This document shows, piece by piece, positions 8,382-17,580 of a stretch of 64,000 bases of DNA (position 1 is its first letter; each line of letters begins with the position of its first letter). The position numbers and the translations under genes are program-made. Below the pieces are notes generated by a model that did not search any database, was not told where the DNA came from, and was given only the letters and a program-made list of their open reading frames with translations. The stretch covers positions 64,001 through 128,000 of the forward strand of contig JBOEGF010000010.1 in NCBI GenBank assembly GCA_050633305.1. Reading direction: 5' to 3'. This DNA comes from Nannocystales bacterium (lineage in GTDB: Bacteria > Myxococcota_A > Polyangia > Nannocystales > Nannocystaceae).

Positions 8382-9605
8382 ATGACTGACGCACTCGCAC
8401 AGCCGCTCACCTTGACGCAGGACGTCACACTGCCCAACCGAATTGGAAAGGGCGCGATGAGCGAGAACCTGTGTGAAACGGATGGTGCTCCCACCGAGGG
8501 ACTGCTCAAGCTGTACGAGCGCTGGGGCCGAGGCGGCGCAGGCATGTTGCTGACGGGCAACGTCATCGTGAAACCCAATGGGCGGACCGAACCCCACAAC
8601 GTGGTGATCGAAGGCGACCGGCATTTGCCCATGCTGAAGCGGTGGGCCGACGCCGCGCAGGCCCAGGGCTCCAAACTCTTCATGCAGATCAACCACGCGG
8701 GTCGGCAGACCATGCGCGCCGTAACCTGGGAGCCTGTTGCCCCGTCGGCTGTCGCGGTCAAACGTCCGGGGGTCTTCAGTGTGCCACGTCCGCTCGAAGA
8801 CGCGGAGATCGAGGACCTCATCCAGCGCTACGCGTTTGTGGCCTCGCAAGCCTACGAAGCCGGATTTGCGGGCGTGCAGATTCATGGTGCGCACGGGTAC
8901 TTGGTCAGCCAGTTCCTCTCCCCCCTGACCAACCTGCGAACCGATCGGTGGGGTGGGTCGCTGGACAACCGAATGCGCTTCCCCGTCGAGATCGCCAAAG
9001 CGATGCGCAAGGCTACGAGCCCCACGTTTGCGATCTCGGCCAAGCTCAACTCCGCCGACTTTCAACGTGGAGGGTTCTCTCCCGAAGACTCGGTCCTCGT
9101 GGCCCAAGCGCTCGAAGCCGAGGGGCTCGACTTGCTCGAGATCTCCGGTGGAAGCTACGAGAAGCCCGCGATGATGGGCGCCGCCCGAGAGAGCACGCGC
9201 AAACGCGAGGCGTACTTTGTCGAGTACGCAGAGACGATGCGTCAGACGGTCAAGATGCCGCTCATGGTGACCGGTGGGTTCCGCACTCGCGCGGGCATGC
9301 TCGAGGCACGCTCAACCGGCGCCGTGGATGTCATCGGCATTGCGCGCCCGTTCGCGGTCGACCCCGACTTGGCCCAGAAGATCTTGGATGGGGACGAGAC
9401 CCGCCTGGACCACGGCGACACCAAGGTCGGCGTCCGTCTGTTCGATGACCTGATGCAGCTGTGGTGGTACCAGGAGCAGATGAAGCGGATGTCGCAAGGG
9501 CATGAACCGGCGGCGCAGATCGGGAAGCTCGGCACGTTGGTGCGGAACTTGGGCGGGGTGTCGAGGCACGTGATCGCGCGACGGTTCTCGTCCTCGCCAT
9601 CCTGA
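8382..9605 (+). CDS. NADH:flavin oxidoreductase / old yellow enzyme family
   Basis: LPNRIGKGAMSE, QINHAGRQ, GVQIHGAHGYLVSQFLSPLTNLRTDRWGGSLDNRMRF, EISGGSYE. Confidence 0.93.
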   Translation: MTDALAQPLTLTQDVTLPNRIGKGAMSENLCETDGAPTEGLLKLYERWGRGGAGMLLTGNVIVKPNGRTEPHNVVIEGDRHLPMLKRWADAAQAQGSKLFMQINHAGRQTMRAVTWEPVAPSAVAVKRPGVFSVPRPLEDAEIEDLIQRYAFVASQAYEAGFAGVQIHGAHGYLVSQFLSPLTNLRTDRWGGSLDNRMRFPVEIAKAMRKATSPTFAISAKLNSADFQRGGFSPEDSVLVAQALEAEGLDLLEISGGSYEKPAMMGAARESTRKREAYFVEYAETMRQTVKMPLMVTGGFRTRAGMLEARSTGAVDVIGIARPFAVDPDLAQKILDGDETRLDHGDTKVGVRLFDDLMQLWWYQEQMKRMSQGHEPAAQIGKLGTLVRNLGGVSRHVIARRFSSSPS

Positions 9606-9857
9606 GTGTCGCGGCCCGGTGTCGGTTCGGGCGGTGCGATGGAGGTCGCCTTCGCACTCGGTCCGACACTCGACGCGACCGAGGTGAACGGCGCCTCCGA
9701 TTCGACTGTAGCGGCGCCAACGGGATGTTCGTTCCGGGCGGCCGAACGTTCGATCTTCGGGAGAAGGAGCCGACAGCGGCGAGTTGCCCTGCTACGATTT
9801 CACCTCGGTTCGCGCGAACGGTCTTGTTTCGTTGCTTAGATCGCGGGGGCTGGTTTC

Positions 9858-9881
9858 GGGTTGGGTTGGGTTGAGTTGAGT
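9858..9881 (+). repeat. Pentamer tandem repeat (GGGTT)3(GAGTT)GAGT upstream of the PilZ gene
   Basis: Read directly from the sequence. Confidence 0.6.
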
Positions 9882-9925
9882 AGCCACGGGAGTGCAGTTC
9901 CCCAAATGCGAGGCGATAGGCGATC

Positions 9926-10333
9926 ATGGAAACCCAAACAAACTCCACCCGACTTCAAGCTCTGATCCCCATTGTCGACCGGCGTGAACACGCGCGTGTC
10001 TGCAGCAATATCCGCTGCGTCGTCAAGACGCGTGGCGGCGTCGGTGAGTACGGAGTGGGAGACCTTTCGATCTCGGGAGCACTGCTCACCGACGGACCGC
10101 GACTGCGAAACCGGTGCCCGTTGATCGTGCTGCTCCGCGTGCCGCTGTACCCGGAGGTGCGAATCCCCGCGCGAGTCATTCGGACCGGCGTCGACGAAGA
10201 CGGACGTCCCACGGCCGGCATCGAGTTCGTGCACAGCAGCGACGTGACCCAAGACCACATCCAGGCGGCGTTGCTCTCCGAGTTGGAGCGAAGCCGCAAC
10301 GACGGTCGCATCGCTGATGTGCTGCAGGCTTGA
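9926..10333 (+). CDS. Single-domain PilZ (c-di-GMP receptor) protein
   Basis: RREHAR (RxxxR) and DLSISG (DxSxxG) motifs; ARVIR...GIEF. Confidence 0.8.
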   Translation: METQTNSTRLQALIPIVDRREHARVCSNIRCVVKTRGGVGEYGVGDLSISGALLTDGPRLRNRCPLIVLLRVPLYPEVRIPARVIRTGVDEDGRPTAGIEFVHSSDVTQDHIQAALLSELERSRNDGRIADVLQA

Positions 10334-10339
10334 GCCGAC

Positions 10340-11332
10340 TCAGCCATTGAGCAGCGAGGTTCGCGTCTTCGGGTAGCGCGGGCCCGAGAACGCACCCGCG
10401 GGGGCAAGCTTGTCCAGCTCCGCCAACTCGTCTGCGCTCAGCTTCACCTCGCCGGCGCGCCGGTTCTCGTCCAGCCGATGAATCTTGCGCGTACCAGGGA
10501 TCGCCAGCACGTGCTCTCCTCGGGAGAGGACCCACGCCAGCGCCAGCTGTGCAGTCGTGCACCCATGAGACTCGGCGAAGGTCTCGAGGCGAGCCAACAA
10601 CGCCACGTTCGCATCGAGGTTCTCACCCTGAAAGCGCTCGCTCGATCGGCGGAAGTCGTCCGCCGCGAGTGCGTCGGCGCTCTTGATCGCGCCGGCCAAG
10701 AATCCACGCCCCAGGGGGCTGTACGCGACGAACGCGATACCGAGCTCGGCGCAGGCGGGCAGCGTGGTCTTCTCGAGGTCTCTGGACCACAGCGAGAGCT
10801 CACTTTGCAGCGCGGCGATCGGGTGCACGGCGTAGGCGCGACGCAGGGTCTCCGGAGCTGCCTCCGACAAGCCAAGAAAACGAACCTTGCCTTCTCGGAC
10901 CAGGTCTCCCATGGCTCCGACAGTGTCTTCGATCGGCACCTGTGGGTCGACTCGATGCTGGTAGTAGAGGTCGATCGTGTCCACGCCGAGACGGGCCAAG
11001 CTCGCCTCGCAAGCTTGTTTCACATATTCGGGGCGACCGCTCACGCCATCGAACGAGCCGTCCTCTCCACGCTGAAATGCGAACTTGGTGGCCAGGAAGG
11101 CCTGGTCACGACGTCCCGCCAAGGCCTTGCCGAGCAACCGCTCATTGGCGCCGACCCCGTACATGTCCGCGGTGTCGAGGTGGGTCACGCCGTTGTCGAG
11201 TGCGTGGTGAATGACGCGGATCGACTCCGCTTCGTCCGAGGGCCCGTAGAACTCGCTCATTCCCATGCAACCCAGGCCGATGGGGGGCAGCGAGGGGCCG
11301 TGGACTCCGAGGGCGCGTTGCATCGTGCTCAT
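10340..11332 (-). CDS. Aldo/keto reductase
   Basis: [55 protein letters not shown]. Confidence 0.95.
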   Translation of the reverse strand: MSTMQRALGVHGPSLPPIGLGCMGMSEFYGPSDEAESIRVIHHALDNGVTHLDTADMYGVGANERLLGKALAGRRDQAFLATKFAFQRGEDGSFDGVSGRPEYVKQACEASLARLGVDTIDLYYQHRVDPQVPIEDTVGAMGDLVREGKVRFLGLSEAAPETLRRAYAVHPIAALQSELSLWSRDLEKTTLPACAELGIAFVAYSPLGRGFLAGAIKSADALAADDFRRSSERFQGENLDANVALLARLETFAESHGCTTAQLALAWVLSRGEHVLAIPGTRKIHRLDENRRAGEVKLSADELAELDKLAPAGAFSGPRYPKTRTSLLNG

Positions 11333-11506
11333 GGCAGAGGGGTAGTCCTTGGCCGCCGGGGGCCGCCACCTCGAAAACACGTGACGTCTTGCCCGATTCT
11401 GCGATCGTGGCAGGCGCTTGCCCGATCCTGCGATCCCCCGGCCCAATCGTGCGCTTTGAGCAGGGAGCATGGACGGCCGGCATCCATCTCGTCATGCTCG
11501 GGACCG

Positions 11507-12385
11507 ATGCGCACCCTTCGTCAGCTTCGCCGGCTTGTCCTGGCCCGGGCCGAAGGCGAGGGCCACACCGTGACCGCCCTTCCTGGACTTCGGCTCTTTC
11601 GTACGACGAGCCCGGTTTGTGCGAAGCGGGTCGAGGCTCGGATGGTGACCTTGGCTGTGATCCTCGAGGGCCGCAAGGTCGTGGGATTTGGCGACCAAGA
11701 GTTGGCCTACGAGCCGGGCCACTACCTCCTGATCACCGGGGAGAGGCGCTACAAGGCCTCGATCGAAGGAGTGAGCGCCGAGCGCCCGTACTACTCGGTG
11801 TCGCTGGAGTTCTCGCCCGAGCAGGTCGCAAAGGCTCTGCTCGCGCTGACGGACGCCGGTGTTCGTTTCCAGGACGATGAGGCTGATAGCCCGGCCGTCA
11901 CGGCGCGACTCGAAGCACCGATCCTCGATGCTCTGGTGCGCCTGGTCGAGCATCTCGATGACCCCGTCGCGCTCAAGGTGCTCGCGGCCGGAACGGTGCA
12001 GGAGCTGCTGACACACCTGCTCCGGAGTCCGTCGGGGGCGACGTTGCGTCGCGCAGCTGCAGTCGACGATGGCCGGATCCTGCGAGCCCGGGTGTACCTT
12101 CAGGAACACGTTGGCACCCGTGTGAGCGTGGATGACGTCGCGCGGCATGTCGCGATGAGCTCGTCACACTTCGCACATCGCTTTCGCGAAGTCGTTCGTG
12201 TGAGCCCCATGCAGTACCTCAAGCATCTGCGGCTGGAGCGGGCTCGCCTGCTGATGCTGGGTGAGGGGCTGGGCGCGGCCGAGGCTGGCGTGAGCGTGGG
12301 CTATGCCTCACCGTCCCATTTCACACGCGACTTCAAGGGACACTTCGGTGCACCACCGGCGACGTATCTCAGCCGCTTCCGATAG
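11507..12385 (+). CDS. AraC family transcriptional regulator, divergent from the aldo/keto reductase
   Basis: AraC_N-like N-terminus; C-terminal VARHVAMSSSHF...SPMQYLK.LRLERAR...VGYASPSHFTRDFK.HFG. Confidence 0.92.
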   Translation: MRTLRQLRRLVLARAEGEGHTVTALPGLRLFRTTSPVCAKRVEARMVTLAVILEGRKVVGFGDQELAYEPGHYLLITGERRYKASIEGVSAERPYYSVSLEFSPEQVAKALLALTDAGVRFQDDEADSPAVTARLEAPILDALVRLVEHLDDPVALKVLAAGTVQELLTHLLRSPSGATLRRAAAVDDGRILRARVYLQEHVGTRVSVDDVARHVAMSSSHFAHRFREVVRVSPMQYLKHLRLERARLLMLGEGLGAAEAGVSVGYASPSHFTRDFKGHFGAPPATYLSRFR

Positions 12386-12429
12386 CTGGGGCGGGCGCTG
12401 CCCGCCGTCGGCGGTGGTAGGTTCGCGCC

Positions 12430-13221
12430 ATGCTTCCCCTCGAGGCGCGGTCGTGGATCTCGAGCCAGGATCGAGACGTTGCGAAAACCGCAGCGCTCCA
12501 TTCGACCCAGGGCGAGGTGTGGCGCGTGACGCTGGACGATGGGCGGTGTCTGGTGCTCAAGCGTGCGTCGCGGGCAGCGATCGACCGGGAGTGCTGGGGT
12601 CTCGACGTCGCGCGTGGGATCGGTTCGAGTCCGAGGGTTCTGGCACGGCCTGCGCCGGAGCTCGTGGTGCTGAGCTGGCATGACGGTACGTCTCGCGTGG
12701 ACGGAGAGGTCATGCGCAGCGCGGGAGTCTGGCTGCGAACGCTGCACGCGTGCGAAGGGGCGTTCGAAGACCCGCTTCCGGTGTGGGATGCGATCGGCCG
12801 CCGACGCGACGCCTGGCTCGACCGGGCCAAGGACCAGCTGCCCGGGCAGACGAGGAACAAACTCCGCGCTGCGATCGACCCCGCTGTGTTCTCGGGGCTG
12901 AAGCGGTCGGCCTGCCACCGCGACTACACGCCGACGAACTGGCTCTGGGACGGTGCGCTCACCGTGATCGACTTCGGCCAGGCGCGTCCCGACGTTGCGC
13001 TGTGGGACCTCGTCAAGCTCGAGGCGGAGACGTTCCACGAGTCCCCCCTGCTTCGCGCGGCGTTCTTCGAAGGCTACGGCCCGCTGGACACACGGGACGA
13101 AGAGCGGCTTCGACAACTCGTGCTCCTGCATGCCCTGCAGACCGCGGCGTGGGGGGATGCCCATCATGACGCGGCGTTCTCGAGCTTGGGACGCCAGATC
13201 CTCGACCGGCGCCTGAGCTGA
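12430..13221 (+). CDS. Aminoglycoside phosphotransferase / choline kinase-like protein
   Basis: VLK, CHRDYTPTNWL (HxDxxxxN) and VIDFG motifs. Confidence 0.8.
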   Translation: MLPLEARSWISSQDRDVAKTAALHSTQGEVWRVTLDDGRCLVLKRASRAAIDRECWGLDVARGIGSSPRVLARPAPELVVLSWHDGTSRVDGEVMRSAGVWLRTLHACEGAFEDPLPVWDAIGRRRDAWLDRAKDQLPGQTRNKLRAAIDPAVFSGLKRSACHRDYTPTNWLWDGALTVIDFGQARPDVALWDLVKLEAETFHESPLLRAAFFEGYGPLDTRDEERLRQLVLLHALQTAAWGDAHHDAAFSSLGRQILDRRLS

Positions 13222-13276
13222 GGAGGGAGCGGTCGCGCTCGTCCGCGCTCGTTCTTTGGGGGCCTTCGGTTCTTCC

Positions 13277-15124
13277 CTAAGAATCTGCAACAACACGACG
13301 ACGACGACGTCGGAGCACCGCCGCAAGGGCGAGCAGCGAGAGCCAGCCCGCGTCGGACGGTGAACCGGTTCGGCAACCATTGTTCGGGAGAACAGCAATT
13401 CCCGCACCATCGGTATCTGTTCCCGCGCTCCCATCGCTAGATTCGCCGCGCGTGTCGGTTGTCTGCGGTGGGCTGGGCTCGTCTCCAGTTGTGCCCTCGC
13501 TCGGGTCACCGCTCGTGGTGTCCCGAGATCCGCTTTCCGAGCCCGTTGGGCTCGTCGCCGTGTCTCCGGTTTCACCGCCGCTCGACGAGCCACCGCTGCC
13601 TTGTTCCACTTGGTACTCGAGGTTGTCGCTGCACCCCACGTTGCCCGCCGCGTCCTCGGCACACAATCGGTAGACGACGGTTCCCGAGACCCCACGACCC
13701 GGAAGCTCGACTCGAAAAACGTCCCCGCCCATGAAGGTGGCGTCCACGGTGAGCGCCGCTTCATCGGGGTTGAGCTCGGCATAGGCTCGCTCGAGCCGAG
13801 GCCCCATGTCGCTGAGCGCTCCATCGCTCACCGCGAAGTGGGTGACGGCGACCGCACCCGACCCGACCGGTTCGGTGGGGGGTGCTTCGGTGACGATGAT
13901 GTTCGGCGCCGCGGTGTCGACCTGGACAGCACTGGAGCCGAAGTGCACCCGGTTGAGGAACGACCCGGACTCGCCCTGCCCGGTTGCGATATCGAGACGG
14001 TCGTCCCCGTTGAGGTCCCCCATCTCTGCCCACAGGCTGCTGTCGGTCGGCCCGTCGAAGGCGTCTGGCTGATACGTGAACATCCCGCTGCCGTCATTGA
14101 CCAGCAGCCGCTCGGGGGTCCCCAGTGCGACCACGACCGCATCCATGTCGCCGTCGTGGTCCACATCGGCGCACACGATCCCGTTGTCATCCGAGCCTGG
14201 GTTGCCACTGACCTGCGCGACGGTGACATCGGTGAAGCCTCCGCTGCCGTCGTTGACCCACAATCGCTCCGTGTAGTTGGGCCCCTGGTTGTCGATCCAG
14301 ACGTCGAGGTCACCATCGCCATCGACGTCGCAGATGCCTGGCCCGTAGTGGAGGCCGCCCGACGACGAAAAATCGCTGTCGGTGAATGTCCCGGAACCGT
14401 CGTTGATCCAGATCCGATTGTCGCCGAAATGCGCGTTGGTCATCAGATCCAGGTCGAAGTCACGGTCGACGTCGAAGAGGTCAATGTCATTGAGGTCGGG
14501 ACCGGCGTCGAAGGGGATCGCGTCGGCCAGCACTTCAAACGTCCCATCTCCGTCGTTGAGATAGACGACGACTTCGCCGGAGGAGCCGGTGTCGGCGATC
14601 AGGATGTCGAGATCTCCGTCGTCGTCGAGGTCGCCCATCCGCGTTGAGCCCACGCCGAATGGCTGGACAGGCAGACGGTCTGCGGCTTCATCTGTGAAGA
14701 CTCCCGACCCATCGTTGATGAACAGCGCCGCGTTGCCGGTCCCGTTGACGGGTGCGTAGAGGTCGAGGTCGCCGTCGCCGTCGATGTCTCCGATGCCCAT
14801 CTGATGCACGCTCGCGGCATACCCTCCAACCGCTGCTGCGGAGACGTCGGTGAACCCACCGCTTCCATCGTTTTCGTAGATGACGAGCGGTTGTGAGCCG
14901 CTGCCGTTGGGGAATGCGATGTCGAGGTCGCCGTCCCCGTCGAGGTCGGCGACGCGGAGGTAGCGGGTGTAGCAACCGCCGCCCGCACAAGGTTGCGTGC
15001 CGAAGATGCCCTCTTGGTGGGTGAAGAGAGGTGGTGAGCCGGCGGAGGCGACCGAGGAGGTACCCCAAAGAGCGACTGCGCCCATGACCGTCAAGAACCG
15101 AGCTCGCGCCGAGGTGTCATCCAT
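13277..15124 (-). CDS. FG-GAP/VCBS repeat surface protein with MYXO-CTERM sorting signal
   Basis: About 7 DxDGDGDLD repeats with NDGSG; C-terminus NGCRTG...WLSLLALAAVLRRRRRR; start re-called at 15124. Confidence 0.88.
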   Translation of the reverse strand: MDDTSARARFLTVMGAVALWGTSSVASAGSPPLFTHQEGIFGTQPCAGGGCYTRYLRVADLDGDGDLDIAFPNGSGSQPLVIYENDGSGGFTDVSAAAVGGYAASVHQMGIGDIDGDGDLDLYAPVNGTGNAALFINDGSGVFTDEAADRLPVQPFGVGSTRMGDLDDDGDLDILIADTGSSGEVVVYLNDGDGTFEVLADAIPFDAGPDLNDIDLFDVDRDFDLDLMTNAHFGDNRIWINDGSGTFTDSDFSSSGGLHYGPGICDVDGDGDLDVWIDNQGPNYTERLWVNDGSGGFTDVTVAQVSGNPGSDDNGIVCADVDHDGDMDAVVVALGTPERLLVNDGSGMFTYQPDAFDGPTDSSLWAEMGDLNGDDRLDIATGQGESGSFLNRVHFGSSAVQVDTAAPNIIVTEAPPTEPVGSGAVAVTHFAVSDGALSDMGPRLERAYAELNPDEAALTVDATFMGGDVFRVELPGRGVSGTVVYRLCAEDAAGNVGCSDNLEYQVEQGSGGSSSGGETGDTATSPTGSESGSRDTTSGDPSEGTTGDEPSPPQTTDTRGESSDGSAGTDTDGAGIAVLPNNGCRTGSPSDAGWLSLLALAAVLRRRRRRVVADS

Positions 15125-15596
15125 CCTTCGTAGATGGCGGTGGCCTGCCGATCCTTCACGGCCGCTTGGCGCCGAGTTCGGGCGCGGCGGAGCGCTCACA
15201 TTGGCGGCTTCCTGCTGCAGTGGCGCATCTCCTCGCAGCTGGAAAGGTGACTGCAACTCGCGGGTCCGGCGGGGACCAAGGTTGCGGTTCAAGCCGACCT
15301 TGAGTTGGTGGGCCGATCGCCCTGAACCTACCCCTCGTCTGCTCATCGTCGCTCACCGACCCAAGCTTCCGTCGGCGGGTCAGTACCCCGCGGCGCGGGT
15401 CGTTTGGGCTGGTCCTGCGCGCAGGCCGAAGTCTTCGCGGGGCGGGGTCGGCTCGCATCGGAGCAGCAACGGGAGTCGAATCCTCGGCCCGGGAATTCGC
15501 GGTCGCGATCTTTTTTCCGGCCTGGTGTCGATCAGAGGGGCGCCCGTTCGTCATGTCGGCGGAGACGCCCGCAACGAGCGGGCCACGACGTCCTTC

Positions 15597-16313
15597 ATGT
15601 TCATTCTGCAGACCATTCCGCCCAACTTTGGGCTCCGCAACCCTTCCTCGTTCTCCTTGAAGGCTGAGACCTTGCTCCGGCTCGGAGGCTTCACCTACGA
15701 ACGCGTCGACGCGCGGCCGGACAAGGCGCCCAAGCGCAAGCTACCTGTTCTCAAGGACGGGGACGTCGTTGTCCCGGATAGCGCCCATATTCAGGCATAC
15801 CTGGAGGCGCATCACGGCGCGAGGTGGGACGCCGGTCTGTCTGCTGCTCAGCTTGCCGAGGCCGCTGCCTTTCGTGCACTTGTCGAGGACCAGCTCTACT
15901 TCGTGATGAGCTATGCACTGTGGGTCGAGCACGGGGACGAGTTCCGCGAAGGCGCCTTCCAGGCCGTCCCCGGTGTCATTCGCCGTCTGGTTTTCAACGG
16001 TCTCCGGAGAAAGGTCGTGCGCGGCCTGGATGCGCAAGGCCTCGGTCGGCATTCTCGAGCGGAGATCTTCGCATTCGGCGTGGACAGCCTTCGTGCCTTG
16101 GAGGCCCGGCTGGCAGGCGTGGAATTCTTCTTCGGCGCGAACCCGACGTCGATCGACGCGTCGGTGTACGGGATGCTGCACAGCCTCCTCCGCGGACCGT
16201 TCGAGAATCCGTTGTCTTCGTTCGCTCGGAACAGCGCGGTATTGCCCGGGTATGAGGCGCGCGTGGATGCGTCGGTGTTTGGGCCATCCGACGCCGAGCT
16301 CGCAGCTGAGTAG
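15597..16313 (+). CDS. Glutathione S-transferase family protein (metaxin/FAX-like)
   Basis: NPSSFSLKAETLLRL, APKRKLPVL...DS, FFFGANPTSIDA. Confidence 0.85.
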   Translation: MFILQTIPPNFGLRNPSSFSLKAETLLRLGGFTYERVDARPDKAPKRKLPVLKDGDVVVPDSAHIQAYLEAHHGARWDAGLSAAQLAEAAAFRALVEDQLYFVMSYALWVEHGDEFREGAFQAVPGVIRRLVFNGLRRKVVRGLDAQGLGRHSRAEIFAFGVDSLRALEARLAGVEFFFGANPTSIDASVYGMLHSLLRGPFENPLSSFARNSAVLPGYEARVDASVFGPSDAELAAE

Positions 16314-16536
16314 TCTCAGACCACCCCGATGAGGTCGTCGAGGCTGTTGGCGAACGGCTCGGGCGCGGCCCGCAAGGGCCTTCGGCCACCCGAGCTGCTT
16401 CGGACCCGCCCAGACGACGAGACCCGGCCACGTGGTCCTTCTCCCTCGTCCGGCTTGGTGTCCGGCCTCTTCGCGGTGTTCTCTGCGGTTGGTTTGCATG
16501 TCGCCGGAGACGCCCATCGTCGATGAGGCTGATCGT

Positions 16537-16555
16537 TCTGTAAGTGTCTGTAAGT
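16537..16555. promoter_or_regulatory. Direct repeat TCTGTAAGT x2 with 10-bp period; candidate response-regulator binding site
   Basis: Exact 9-mer repeat in an AT-rich intergenic patch upstream of the ABC operon. Confidence 0.4.
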
Positions 16556-16697
16556 AAACACGAATGGTGCGGTTCTTCGCCCCGTACGACGTGAAGGACG
16601 CACACGGGCGACGGCCATGCCCTCCCTGCAGTTTCGGCGGGTTGCGGAGAAACTAGGCGCCCCTGGAGTGGGTCTCAGGGCCGCAATGCCTGGTGCC

Positions 16698-17579
16698 ATG
16701 CTCAAGATCCGCGACCTGCACAAGACGTACTCCGGGGGCGTCAGGGCCCTGCAGGGCATCGAGCTGGACATCGAGCCCGGCATGTTCGGGCTTCTGGGCC
16801 CCAACGGCGCGGGCAAGTCGACGCTGATGCGGACGATCGCGACGTTGCAGGAGCCCGATCGAGGCTCCATCCATCTGGGCGATATCGACGTGCTCGCCAA
16901 CAAGGACGCCGTCCGCCGCGTGCTGGGCTACCTGCCACAGGACTTCGGCGTGTACCCCAGCGTGGACGCGGTCACGCTGCTCACCCACTTCGCGATGCTC
17001 AAGGGCATCACCGCCCCAAAAGACCGCAAGGCCGTGGTGGAAGCGTTGCTCAACCGGGTCAACCTCTGGCAACACCGCAAGAAGAAGCTGGGTGGATACT
17101 CCGGCGGGATGCGGCAGCGGTTTGGCATCGCACAGGCGCTGCTCGGTGACCCCCGGTTGATCATCGTCGACGAGCCGACCGCCGGCCTCGACCCGGAGGA
17201 GCGTACCCGTTTCCTGAACCTGCTCTCGGAGATCGGCGAGCAGGTCGTCGTCCTCCTGAGCACCCACATCGTCGAGGACGTCGCCGATCTGTGCAGCAAC
17301 ATGGCGATCATCGCGGGGGGCAAGGTGCTGCAGACCGGAGCACCCCACGGGGCCATCGATGCCCTGGCGGGCAAGACGTGGCGCAAGGTCATCGACAAGT
17401 CCGAACTCGAAGAACACCAGCGCGACCACACGGTGATCTCGACCCGGCTCGTGGGCGGCCGAACGGTGATTCACGTGTTTGCCGAGGTCGACCCGGGCGA
17501 AGGCTTCGACCCCGTCTCCCCCGACCTCGAAGACGTCTACTTCACCACGCTGCACGACGCGCGTTCCGAGGCGGCCTAA
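16698..17579 (+). CDS. ABC transporter ATP-binding protein (ABC-2 type)
   Basis: Walker A GPNGAGKST, signature YSGGMRQR, Walker B IIVDEP, H-loop STH. Confidence 0.95.
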   Translation: MLKIRDLHKTYSGGVRALQGIELDIEPGMFGLLGPNGAGKSTLMRTIATLQEPDRGSIHLGDIDVLANKDAVRRVLGYLPQDFGVYPSVDAVTLLTHFAMLKGITAPKDRKAVVEALLNRVNLWQHRKKKLGGYSGGMRQRFGIAQALLGDPRLIIVDEPTAGLDPEERTRFLNLLSEIGEQVVVLLSTHIVEDVADLCSNMAIIAGGKVLQTGAPHGAIDALAGKTWRKVIDKSELEEHQRDHTVISTRLVGGRTVIHVFAEVDPGEGFDPVSPDLEDVYFTTLHDARSEAA

Positions 17580-17580
17580 C

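Noticed and set aside
11469..11573. ATG with a good RBS upstream of the AraC gene, suggesting a frameshift or leader peptide
   Set aside because: An in-frame ATG at 11507 gives a complete AraC protein; no evidence for recoding
12430..13221. Aminoglycoside resistance gene
   Set aside because: Only generic APH/choline-kinase fold motifs; no specific similarity and no mobile context
13277..15124. Recurring GACGGCGAC-like DNA repeats resembling an array
   Set aside because: Explained by FG-GAP Ca-binding protein repeats; no constant repeat-spacer structure and no cas genes
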